A stretch of 64,000 nt of DNA from Guillardia theta CCMP2712 (Eukaryota > Protista > Cryptophyta): NCBI RefSeq assembly GCF_000315625.1, contig NW_005434664.1:526167-590166 (forward strand). The letters are read 5' to 3'. The first letter of the stretch is position 1; each line of letters begins with the position of its first letter. The position numbers and the translations under genes were made by a program. Below are positions 1 through 11,247 of this stretch, in pieces. Below the pieces are notes generated by a model. It saw nothing but the letters and a program-made list of their open reading frames with translations, did not search any database and was not told the origin of the DNA.

Positions 1-439
1 GTCTCTCGTGATCATGGGAGACATTGATCTCTCATACGCTTGTTCAAACCCGCTGTCGATATAAGTGAAATCATTCGGATACTCGTCAGCAGTGGTCCCT
101 TGCACCTTTCCGACATCAAGAAGTACGATTTTCTTCTGGTTGTCAATAACCCTCAGATCTCCAGCCCTTCCTTCATCAGGAAGCAGAGGTCGGATTCGAA
201 CTACGTTCAACACCGGAACCCCCAGGCCTGACAAGTTGGTGCCTGCCTCCATCTTCTACAAGGTGACTATCTGTTCCACTGCTCTGTTCTTTCTCAGTCT
301 CTTCGCCTCCTGGGCTCTCACTTCCTCGGGTTTGCTCTCTCTGCTTCTCCTCTTCTTCTCCGCCTTCTCTCGCTTCCCTCCCTCCCCTCCACCATTGTTC
401 CTTTCCCTGCCGTTGGCCGTTACGAAGAGCGGTTATCAT
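1..439 (-). CDS. Kinesin-like motor protein, 5' part (runs off the left edge)
   Basis: Splicing a 40-nt GT-AG intron (267-228) joins ORF 176..439 to ...LGVPVLNVVRIRPLLPDEGRAGDLRVIDNQKKIVLLD...QAYERSMSPMIT. This resembles the kinesin motor N-terminal VxVRIRPL strand and the following 'YE...P' helix. The P-loop lies outside the window. Confidence 0.6.
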
Positions 440-571
440 TGTCGGATTGATGTAACACGGATGATGGGTGACCTTTTACATTTGACTAAATTATTTGTAC
501 CAGACATCATAGCTCAATAAAGTTGAGTAAATAAATAAAGAGTTGAAGTTGGTAGGAAGCAACGGTTGGGC

Positions 572-1550
572 ATGGTGCGGGTAGGATGGGCAACGGGATG
601 CGCCCGGCCGGCGGTAGGGATGAAGGTGAAGATGGCAGGAGCTCTGGCGAGTCGAGGAACAGGAACCATCGTTAAGGTTTGGAGCTCAGGCTTAGCTCAG
701 CCAGCATGCAGGTTTAGCGTCTGCCCTCTTGCGTGACCAGAGTGACGGAAGAGCAGAGTGAAGTGGGAGGATGGAAAAAGCGTTGACTACGTCTCCGGAC
801 TGGCGATCTCCCAGTACGGATAGCATGTTTCATATAGATCATGCTCGCGTGCGCCTGACGAAGAGAGCTGACACTTGCCTGATCGCAGAGGGGCTTCGCT
901 CCGAGGTCAACACCCTGATTTGGATGATAGCTTGATACGACGATGGGCAGCTCGAAATGAAGTCGATGAAAGAGTCCTGGAGACGCTCTCACTCCATCAG
1001 ATTCAGAATCTATCGCCGAGCAGGATCTCAGAATTGATAGGAAAAGACCTGGACAAAGACGAGATCGAAGAGCTGAAGCGGCTGGCGAGCCAAGTCTACG
1101 AGGTGAGCAAGAAGTCGCCGGTGTGGGTGACATGACCTTCTCATGCGAGGCAGACTCTCAGGCACAAACGTCCTCGATTCCTCAGAGTCAACTCTGACGG
1201 GCCGGGACATGATTGGGTCTGGCCAGGGGGAAGTGGGTCGATACTCCCGCTAGTCCAGCTAGACATGAATATCCCTGCATACACCTTGACAGGCATCTTT
1301 GCTGTGATAGACTCTTGTGTGTCTGACATTCCCTTCATAGATTCAAAGAAACAGTTTTTCGGCAAATCAAAATATTTGCAATTACACGTCAACATCGAGT
1401 CGAAAGGTGAGTCGTGGGTGCTATAGTTGGTAGAGTGACGGAAACTTCAAGGACCGATGTCGCTTTCACGAAAATGTCCCAACACCTTGTTTCTGCTCAG
1501 CAGCAAGCGCCGATGACGTCTTGGTGTATCAGACAGCAGAACCGACAATA
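572..1550 (+). CDS. Hypothetical multi-exon protein
   Basis: Coding-like exon ~889-1102 (DLDDSLIRRWAARNEVDERVLETL...LASQVYE) bounded by AG and GTGAG, with further short GT-AG introns. No family recognised; ends approximate. Confidence 0.3.
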
Positions 1551-1572
1551 ACTCACGTCTCAGTACATCGTC

Positions 1573-3486
1573 TCAGTACAATGGAGGCGTCAGCAGATTA
1601 CAGACAAGACCAACAATCATTCCGATCCCCGTCCCAATAATCTGCATAGTTTGTTAGGCTTCTTCGTGTGGCAGGTCGGCACATTGGCTGACATATCCGA
1701 TCGTGCCAGTCAAGACAGCTGATGAAATCTTCTCGGTCCAGCCCATCACCCCGGCCATGGCGGCAGCTGTCGCAGGACCTGACCACATGTTCAACTAAGG
1801 TAAGGCAGCAAGAAAGGAGACCTCCTATCGCAGCGTTTGACGCCAGGAGGAGGTCTCGCACGTCAATTTTCAATAATCTGTGGCAAGTCAGTTGTGTTGG
1901 CACAAGTTCAAGGCCATGCTTCGTACCGCCGCCCAAGTAGCGCCATCGTTGCTCCGTGTACAGCTAGAATTACAGCTACGAATAGCAGCAGAGGAGCGAT
2001 TGCGCCGAAAGAAAAGAGCGCTCGTAGATCAGTCGTGGCTCCAATCGTGGCAAAGAAGACTTGAAGGAGCAGAGTTCCCATGAGCTGAAAATATTGTCAT
2101 GCGAAGGCTCGTTTGTGTTGCTCCTCTTACTCGCGAAGACGAGGACCAAGATTCCCTGAACTTCTGCGGAAGCGTGAAAGCTGCTAACATAGAAAGTGCT
2201 GTTGCTATTGGTACACCAGCGTCAAATGCCTTCACATATCTAGCCATTTGATACGCAAGCAGACAGATTGCTGCTCCTGCTGCTTGGCAACTTGCAAAAC
2301 CTTCAATGGAAGGTGCTGGTTCCATTTTGGCCTTTGCAGCAACTGACGCCTCTTCTCTCGGCCCATCCTTCTTCTGGTGTTTTCTCCTTCAATCGCAAAT
2401 TGAAGCAAAACGAATGTCGAGGTTCAAGAAATAGCTGGTCAGCAGTTATCATGGAATTCGAACAATACCCGATGTAGAAAAGAATCGCAAAGTATGCAGC
2501 CATTTGAATCATATCTGCCGAAAAAGCTGCAGCGAGGGAGGCTGGATCTCTCAGCTGTAAAGATGCATTACATCACATAAACCATCACTTACTGCTGTCA
2601 CCCGAACAGCGTCGGCAGTGGCGATAAAGTTCTGCACGCGAGAGGTAAGGCTGTCCTACAAGGAGTCTCATTTCATTCACCATGGTCCCGCCGACGTAGG
2701 TAGACGTGAACACCTACAGCAGAAGTTGGCAAGAGCACAGAGATCAGGTCCCTTCACCGCTGCGAACTTCCAGGCATCAGGAATCCCTATACAGAAGAAT
2801 GCAACCATCGCCCCGACGACTGTACCAATGCTTGCAACTCCAAAGGCTTTCAACATACTCGTCGAGGTGCTCATTGTTGTCCTTATGTCTTCTCTGTCTA
2901 ACCCCAGCATCATCTGGCACATCGCGAGTGGAATCAAATGTGCCCAAACCACAGTGTAGGCAGGATGCGATGTGGACGCTGAGAGTAAGCCAAAGCTTGA
3001 CATGAGCATTGACGTGAAGAAGGTGACCATGGCTCCCGATACAATACCTCCTATTCTTGTGTATTTCTCAGCCCACAGCCCAAAAGCACTAGATCCCATT
3101 AGGAAGGCGACAGTTTGTCGCATGTCGATGCTGGAGATGTGGACGAGTTCCTCTTGGACAGCTTGCGCTGTGCTAGGAAGAGAATAAGTGACGGCGAGGG
3201 CGACAGCGAGAGCCATCAGCCTTCTTAGTGTTCGATGCTTCGGAGCACTCAACACATCCTCTCCTCCTCTCCTCCTCTCAACTTGCACGGGGAAACCAAA
3301 CTCTCGTCTACCAGCTTTCGAAAGTTTCGACTTGGCTAATGGGGCGGCAAGCAGGCTGGTTTTCTCTGTCCCCGGAGCAGACGACAAGGGAAGAGACATG
3401 CCGATCCTCGGGAGGGAGGGAGAGAATGCACTTCCCCCGCATGCGCTTGCGACCAACCATAGCGCCCATACGCCCTTCCATCGCAT
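1573..3486 (-). CDS. DUF819 (YjcL-like) multi-pass membrane protein with bipartite plastid-targeting presequence
   Basis: N-terminus MRWKGVWALWLVASACGGSAFSP (signal peptide + SAF). Spliced exons give LLQVFFATIGA, LLLASNAAIGGPATAAAMAGVMGW and GTIGY|IIGTGIGMIVG, matching the DUF819 C-terminal signature LASNANIGGPxTAAAMA. Stop at 1573-1575. Confidence 0.8.
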
Positions 3487-3604
3487 GCTTCAGAGGAACC
3501 AGAGTACTATATTGCTTATAGTTGGCCAGGTATTGCTAATACCCTCTAAAGCGTTCATACAGCAGTTTGTCACTACTGGTGAACCGTAGGAGGGACTGGA
3601 GGCG

Positions 3605-6551
3605 ATGACGGAGCGATGCGGATGGTGGGGAAGCAGCAAGGCATGGTCTGTCAGTCAAGCTCCTTCAACGTCCGACCGCTCCTCAGCCAACATGAAGTAC
3701 TTCAAACTCGCGCATCTGAGCGGCAAGCAGTCCATGCATGACACTCACTGGAGTTCGTCGACCCAGTCTGTGGATCATCTCAAGTATCTCAACATGTTTG
3801 ATCAATGTGCAAGCAGATGATGCTTCCAGCAGGGAAAGAATGATTTCACCAGAGAAAAGCGATCTGCTTGCGAAAGACCTCCTGATATCGACATTGCAGT
3901 CGAAGCTGGAGAATATTGAGAGAGAAACCAAGCATCGAAGCAAGAGGTCTGCGTGTCTTTGCTCGCCGCCATATTGAGGAGCTATGTAACCCATTGCATC
4001 AGAATGAAGGAGCAGAGAGAGAGCGAACAAAGGGAAATGCAGGCGATAGGTAGAAACGGCAGAATGGGGCAGCCGGGTTGCTGACCAATCACTTGGTGCA
4101 GAGAAGAAGATAGAAGCGCTAGAGAAACAGAATTCTAATCTGGTTCAAGCCATCATGCGTTCAAACCCTCATCTCAACACGCAAGACTTTCTTTCCCGGG
4201 TGAATGATATCTGTGAAGTCGACGGTCACGACCGCGTCTCGGCTGAATTCAGTGCTCACGACGATGTTGGTGAAAGCATGCTGCGGTCTGCCTCAGCTTC
4301 CTCAACTGTCTCTCAACCCCTCCAAAGATGTGTGGAGCTTGGTAACCTTGCACGCTCTCCTTGTGCAAGTCGCTCATTTCTTCTTCCGTTCTAGCCCACG
4401 ACCCACTAACTAGCAAACGACGTTCGATGGAGGGCTGGTTGTTCTGGTATCGAAAGATGTTGGAGTTAGGCCACGACAAGCCTGCCATGAGCGAGAGTGA
4501 CGAGGTGCATCGGCATAAGGCTGACTCAGAGAAGGAGATGCTGGGGTTCCTGCTGGGCAACGAGGACTCGAGGAAGTTTCGGGATATCGTCGAGAGTTGT
4601 TCGAGTCACGAGCGAGAGGAGGTGATCCGAGTAGTGGCGTATCAGCTTCAGACTCTCGGGGTTGTCGTCAGAGTCTTGCAGCTCTTCCTGCAGGTCTCCA
4701 GTCAACCCATAGACGTGGACTCATGCTGCTCCTGCTTTGTTCGCGAAGTGCTTCCCTGATTGCTTGCTGTGCCTCGAATGACCCTGCTGCCAGGTCAGGA
4801 CCCTCGTATCAGCGAGTAGAGTTGATGTGTGGCTGGTCGATGAAGGCAAGAAGCAAATCATGCTGTGGGCTCCTGGCAATCGTTCGAAGAGAATCAAATC
4901 ATTCTGCAAGGAAGAAGTAGAAGCAGGTACAAGGAGAAGATTGCGACCTCAGACGTGACAACACCATCTCCCACAGATTACACGCTCTCTGCTGCTGAGA
5001 GACTCTGTCAGCCGATCAGACATCAAGGAGTTGTCGTGGCTCTTGTCGAATGCCATGACAAGATTGCTCCTTCGCACCTGCAAGATCGCAAGGCAAAGTT
5101 CTCCACCATGGATCATCTCCTGTTGCAAGCAGTCTGCGACCAAGGAGGAATGCTCTTCCATCGGATCAACACATTACTCCAAACCATCCAAGTCGTCGAC
5201 CGGGCGCTCAAGTCTCATATCCTTCTCGGCCCTAATTCATGCAGCCCTATGGACCTTTATCGACTTGTCACCATCCAGTTTTCACGGATCAGAGATATCT
5301 TGAACGCCACCACCTGCGTGGTCTACATGCTCACTGATGAGAGCTCGCCTCAGAAATGTCTGTGGACGAGACGGCAGGACGAGTGCGAGGATCTTCTACA
5401 AGTTTCTCTTGGGACGGGAGTCGTTGGGTGGGTAGCAGAGTCAGAGGAAGCAATCTTGCTGGACGAGCCACAAAAGAGTAGGAAATTCGACCGCCTTGTC
5501 GACACGGTGCGAGGCGAGGAGGAAGGAGGTTCCATGCGTGAGCTTTGATGCAGGCTTACAGTCCGGCAACTACGAGCGTGCAGAGTCTGATGGTGATGCC
5601 GATACGGAGCGAAGATGGGCCTCTCTTGGGGACTTGCTCCATGATCAACAAAGGTAACCACCATTGGTGAGATTGAGCATCTAACAAGCCAAAGTCACTG
5701 GGAATTTCAACGACTCCGACAAGCGATTCTTGGAAAACTGCATCAGACAGATCTCTGTCAGTATCAGTGGGATGAAAACACACCAGCTGGAGCTCCTTCT
5801 CACGAGGTGATTTTAATTCTAGCTTGCTTGCGGCAGTATCTGATCTCAATGCTAGAGAAATCCTTGAAGGAGCCATCGATCGCACTCAGCTCCTGCTTGC
5901 CGCCGAACACGTGCTTGTCTTTTCAACAGGCAAGGAATACAGAACACAAATCGAACTTGTAACTCTTTCTTAGATTGGAATTCAAGGAAGCTCGTGAGAA
6001 TTTCATCAGACGACAAGATATCGATGAACGACCACCTCATTGGCAAGTTCTGCTCTTCTCCCCTGCGACCCTCACTGCGGTGTTCAGGGTACGTTGCTCG
6101 TACAGGAAGCGACGTCCTGCTCCAAGTAGCTCAGTCAGACCCGCGAGTCGAAGATACGCTGCATGCCATGCTTGGAGAAGAAGTCCGAACGCTGATGTAG
6201 CCCTGACGTCTCTGCGTCGCGCTCAACTTACTCTGGCTAGATGCGTTCCCATCATTGACGAGCAAGTGCAAAATGATGTTAAGGGAGTTCTTCTCGCTGC
6301 AAACAAGAAGCATGATCTTGCATTTGACCAAGAGGTTCTTCTTAAGTCTCCCCCCTCCATTGCCTCGCTCTTTCCTTCCTCCTTCTCCCTCCTCTCCTTC
6401 TTACGGATCGGTTTAGGATCTTGTCGTGGCAAGAATTGCTGCAAAGCAGATGAGCAAATTGATGGAATCGGAGGAGGAAACACGGTCTCTTAGTGGCCCA
6501 GGAGCGTGCCAGCAGACAACTCTTCAACAGATACTTCGTCATAATGTATGA
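3605..6551 (+). CDS. Tandem GAF-domain protein with N-terminal coiled coil
   Basis: GAF hallmarks: VSLGTGVVGWVAESEEAILL...FDRLVD, SLMVMPIRSEDGPLLGTCSMINK, FNDSDKRFL, and a later CVPIIDEQ...VKGVLLAANKK...FDQEDLVVARIAA. The last exon ends ...ILRHNV* at 6551. Start approximate. Confidence 0.7.
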
Positions 6552-6597
6552 TACTTGAAATCCCAGAAGGAATAGATCACGTTTGGATGATCGCCTG

Positions 6598-7795
6598 TCA
6601 CTGACAGTCTCTTCCGTAAACGAGCTTCCATTGTTCATCAGACAGCTCTGAGGCAGGCAGTAAAGCCGAAGAAGTCTGCATCATGTCTTCGATCATCTCT
6701 CTTTCCTTTTCAGCATCTGCTTGCTGCTCTGCACCGAGTGCTTGCAGCTTGTCGGGCCAGTGTGACAAGGTCGCTCCTCGACCAACGGCTTCAACTCGCT
6801 CCTCCTTGATCCTGGCATCCACTCTCTCAGCTGGCACGTAACACACCATCACTGCTGCTCGCGTAAGGCCCTTCGCGTGTTCCAGCACCATGCGGTCACC
6901 AGAGGACAGCTCCGCTTGCTCCTCTCGCGTGGCTCCGATAGCACTTGGGTACGAGCAGTGAACGACTCGGCTATCCCACAGCAGGAGATCCCCAGCGTCC
7001 AGGTGACAGCAGATTACATTGTTATGCAAAAGGCTGTCCTTTGGGTGCACTTCCAACCAGTCCTCATCCTGGACTTGGTCGAGCCTAGACAAGTAAAACG
7101 TCCTCAAATCTTCGTCAGTGTGCTGCAAGAAGTGATGAGGGAAGGAAAGATGCGAGCCTGCAACGAGGACGTTCCCTTCAATGTAACCAGAGTTTGGCAA
7201 GAGATTCACCAATCCTTGCACGCAACAAAAGTCTTGTTTCTTTCTAGGATTCTGATCGATGTGAAACCAGCCTTCTTCGGTCCTATACTCCATACGATTC
7301 AGAGTCCTCCAATCTCTCCATAGAAGCAGGCCATCAAAAGAAACGACAAGGTCTTCTGTTTGCCACAAGCCAGCAAAGACTTCTCGAATCTTATGGTGCG
7401 ATCGTACATACCATGCGCACCTTGACTGGCCAGCTCCACAAAACGGGATGATCCCCCCCTCCACGCAACGCGGCCAATTGCCGTTGTGCCATGTATCGGG
7501 ATCTGCTCGGTCGACATGATTGGAATAATCTCCTTTCAACACTCGGTTTTTGGCCTTACTTGCAGCCTAGAAGACAAAATCTCAATCACTCATCACACTT
7601 CCCGCAACTGACCTCAACAAAGTCCCATGCCAAGTCGACGGCTTTCGCACATTCGTCTTGGCGCAAGACGGCAGAGATGACGGCGAAGCCTTGAGAAGCC
7701 AGCTGAGATCTCGTCGTCTCGTTGAAGGCTCCTGCTTTCTCTTCTCCTCCTCTTTGCAGCCTCACATTCCTGGCATGCCACTTGTCTGCCTCCAT
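6598..7795 (-). CDS. Phytanoyl-CoA dioxygenase-like (PhyH family) Fe(II)/2-oxoglutarate dioxygenase
   Basis: GFAVISAVL N-terminal strand, WFHIDQNP (HxD), VQGLVNL, and AGDLLLWDSRVVH (distal His). One short intron near 7560-7610. Confidence 0.85.
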
Positions 7796-7873
7796 TTTCT
7801 CTGCCGGGTGGTCAAATAGTGGTCAAATCACCTGTCGTTGCGACTGGTTGCCTGCCATGCGACAATGTAGGGG

Positions 7874-8541
7874 ATGGAGAGGGAGAGTCGGTCGGAGAAA
7901 TGCTTCTTTCCTCTCCTCCCACGCTTCCCTACCACTTCTGGCTTCTTTCCTCTCCTCCCACGCTTCCTTACCACCACTGCCACCTCCTCCTTGTACTCCT
8001 CCGCTCTTTTCCTCTCATCGGTTGCCGGCTTCTCTCTCACCGTTTTCCGCCTTCTCCTGCTCAATCCGCCGCACCCTTCCGGAGCTCAGAGGAGGTTGTG
8101 CAGAGCCACTTTCTGCATGCAGAGTATGTGCTGGAGGTACCAATGAGACCACGAGTTGCCCGAGGTGTGAGCAAAGCATGCCGGTACAAGAAAGTTCGAT
8201 AGGTTGTCATGTTATGCCTGACATCAAGGCTCCAGGCCATCCACCGCATCTGCGAGGCAGAGTGGCTGAGACAGAAGCGGCACGTGTCACATCTTCCGCT
8301 CCATTTGTTCTCATTGCTTCGCAGGATTTGCATGTTCTGTCGGTTGCCCCTTCGCATGCGTGTTGGCGACTCTCTTAACGCTCCCGGTCGTATGTGGAAC
8401 TACCGAAGTCCGACGAATCGCAAGTTTAGCTTGGAACTCTCACAGGTGCTGGAGACAGAACAAGGTGGACGCCACAGCAAAGGCAAGATGATGGCTCGAA
8501 AAAGGAGAGAACAAGCGAGAGCACAGCTGCAAGACTTGTAA
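7874..8541 (+). CDS. Hypothetical small basic protein (multi-exon)
   Basis: ATG at 7874 is followed by a CT-rich intron, then exons ending ...KMMARKRREQARAQLQDL* at 8541, convergent with the next gene. No family recognised. Confidence 0.3.
7902..7985. repeat. ~39-bp tandem duplication (GCTTCTTTCCTCTCCTCCCACGCTTCC..ACCAC) in a pyrimidine-rich intron
   Basis: Two near-identical units read directly. Confidence 0.75.
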
Positions 8542-8573
8542 AGCACTCCAAATCTTTGTGGTTCATTAACCAT

Positions 8574-10890
8574 TCATTCCTGCTTTTTTGCTTTGCAAGG
8601 TGGAATCGGTTCAAAAATGGCAAGGGCCCGCATGCTCTTGATGAATTCTCCATGAGCAAGGTGCTCGAAACTCTTTCTCAGCTGTAAACGTCTTGCACAT
8701 GTCAACCTTGCGAGAAGATCACCTGTAACAGACAGGAAGCAGAGAAACCGTTTCCGGCGTTCGGATGGGAAGTGATTGCTCAGCTCCAGCAAGTAATGCA
8801 TCGCATGGAAGGACGGACAATCTCGCAGGCAACGCATCTCTCCACGCGTCTCCTTGTCTCACATCGGTGCGAGCAGGTTTTGTGTGCCATGGCGCGAATG
8901 CAAAACTGTCTCATGGTCCGGGGCCACCAATCAAGACCTCGTTGCCAGGAATCAGAAACAGTTGATAGAGCATGGGTGGCTGAACAGCGAGTGACCAAAA
9001 AGGAGAGAGAGCTTCCTGTTCCCTGTACTCTCATCCTTTTGTTCATTTCGTTTCACATGGTGTCCCTCTAGCTGCATTTCTTTCCCCCCCCCCAGAGGTC
9101 CATCGCACTTCATCTCAACGCCTGTTGGCTTCGCTCCTAGAGCAGGGAAAGGCTTCCCATGTCCTTTCAACGTGAGTTATCGGCGTCATGGGGCTGCTCT
9201 GAATGCTCTTCAGGTTCCATGGAGTTCATCTTGTTTCGGCCTTTCATGCAGCAAGACAGCTCGACATGCTGCCATCGCATCCTTTCGTAATCTCTCTCAA
9301 CAGTTTACTCCTCTTCTCATCCGATCTGACAGGCTTTCAGGTAGTCAGCCTTTGCGAGAGCATAGCGTCACGGAACATGTCTTCCTGTCATATCTGGAAA
9401 GGAGTTTCTTCAATCGACCTCGTTGAGATGGTGACTTGATATGTCAAAGTACAGTTTCCAGATAACTCGTGCGGGTAGTTTGTCGACCTAGAGCATCTTC
9501 GTGTCGGTCGGGATCTTGGGCATGCAGTCTGTGGAAGGAAAGAGATGACAACATATCTATCCAGCGCTGACTGTGTGCGCCAGTCTCGCTGATGTCATCG
9601 GCAAGCAGATGATCCTGCACAAGCTTCAGGGTAGAGACCTCGCCAAGATTTGTCAGGTTGGTGATAATGAAGCGAGGCATGAATTAAACTTGCAAGATCA
9701 CAGGCAGTAAATCAGCTGAGCTATCGCAATTCCTGGCTTTTCGTTCGTCTTGCAGGTTTCAGCCAACGCGAGTCGCTTGTCTTGGTGTGCTTTTGACAAT
9801 CGCGCTTTCAGCAAGATTGATGGAGCCAGCCGTGATGAAACAACTGAGAACCTCTGAGATTTCCTTGATCGCATCGTCCCTTGCAGGCTTGTTGTACAAG
9901 TAGTCGAGCCAAAGTCTGACCTGATTTCTCAGGGCTAGGTTACAAGGATCCTGTCCTCTTCCAAGTGCGCAAGCCCTTGTCAGCAATACACCACTGACAT
10001 CAACTTAGGAGTTCGAAAACAAAATTCTAGGTGACGACACGATGCTGTTAGTGACACCCGAGGAAGCAAAGACGATCGTTAAGGTCCCGTAAGAGCTCTT
10101 GCCCTGCTCCAGCTGATCTGAACTCAGGCATTCGCATCGCTCGACATGTTGTCTGGGAAGCTTCACAACGCATTGCAAACCAAGTCAGCAGCTGCAAGCA
10201 TGGAGAGTTCGCCCATGCAGGAATGAGGTCGCAAAACTTGTCGGGGAGTTACCGAAGGCAACAGGCAGCAGGAAACAGCTACTTGTTTCACAACACATCA
10301 AAATCGTTCTCTGAAGAATTTATTGGTTGAGAGAAAAGAGGAGGCTGCTCTTAGATTAGTGGCACTGGTTCTGCCCCATCCCTGAAGCTGGGCCGTCTCG
10401 ACACTCAGAGTCCTGCGAGGACATGTCAGGTCCACCTCAGATCCAAGACTGCATGACAGCAGCATGCGCACCTGTCCATCATAAGTGACGGAGTTGAGCT
10501 TGAGCTCACTCGGCGTGGAGGTGAAGAAGCTGACAGCAGATCAAACTCAGTCCCACTGGCTCATCGAGCGAGGACTCACCCTGGCCCGGGGTAGGAGGCG
10601 GCATTGCCATTGGAGAGGAACGGATGAGTGTACATCGCCTCTGGGGACGAGAGAAGTTGAGTGAAAATTCCGAACATCCTGCTCGAGAAAGATCAGTCCT
10701 CATCCTCGTTTGCATGGAGCTCGATGATCTCGCGCCCTTTTGCCATGAAGCAAGTCCAACAAGATATCTCTTAGCGAAACTATAAGGAGGAGATAACGGG
10801 ACTGCTGGGCAAGCTCCAATCAGATCTCGAGTTTAATTGATCCTCATTTCCCTTTGATTCTCTCTAATTCCTCGCACTCAGAGATCCGCA
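8574..10890 (-). CDS. Hypothetical multi-exon protein
   Basis: Protein-like minus-strand ORF pieces 9759..9986 (VRLWLDYLYNKPARDDAIKEISEVL), 9444..9680 and 8574..8837 (ends ...PPCKAKKQE*). The 5' end is uncertain. Confidence 0.4.
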
Positions 10891-10919
10891 TACGACAAAA
10901 TCTACATGCCTAAACACCA

Positions 10920-11050
10920 TCCTCCACCTCATCTCTCTCTTCCTCTCTTCCTCTCTTCCTCTCGTCCTCTCGTCCTCTCGTTCTCTCTTCCTCTCTTCCT
11001 CTCTTCCTCTCCTCCTCTCCTCCTCTCCTCTCCCCTTCTTCCTCCCCTGT
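10920..11050. repeat. CT-rich polypyrimidine low-complexity tract
   Basis: (CTCTT/CCTCT)n runs in the intergenic region between divergent genes. Confidence 0.8.
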
Positions 11051-11247
11051 CTGCCCGCACACTCGCCCGACTGCCTGCCATCTTATTCCTATTTTCGGCT
11101 AGTTAATCTCATAAGCTCTTTGACATTCTTGAAATTATTAGGTAAATCAATTTATTAATTTCGGTTAGTTTGTTTTCGTTTGGCGTGTATATTTCAATTT
11201 GGACTGGAGTTTTTCATCAATCATCGCCGTTTTAGAGGGTAGGACGA

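Noticed and set aside
1598-2083. Plus-strand ORFs (e.g. 1880..2083) as a separate gene
   Set aside because: They are antisense to the spliced 3' exons of the DUF819 gene.
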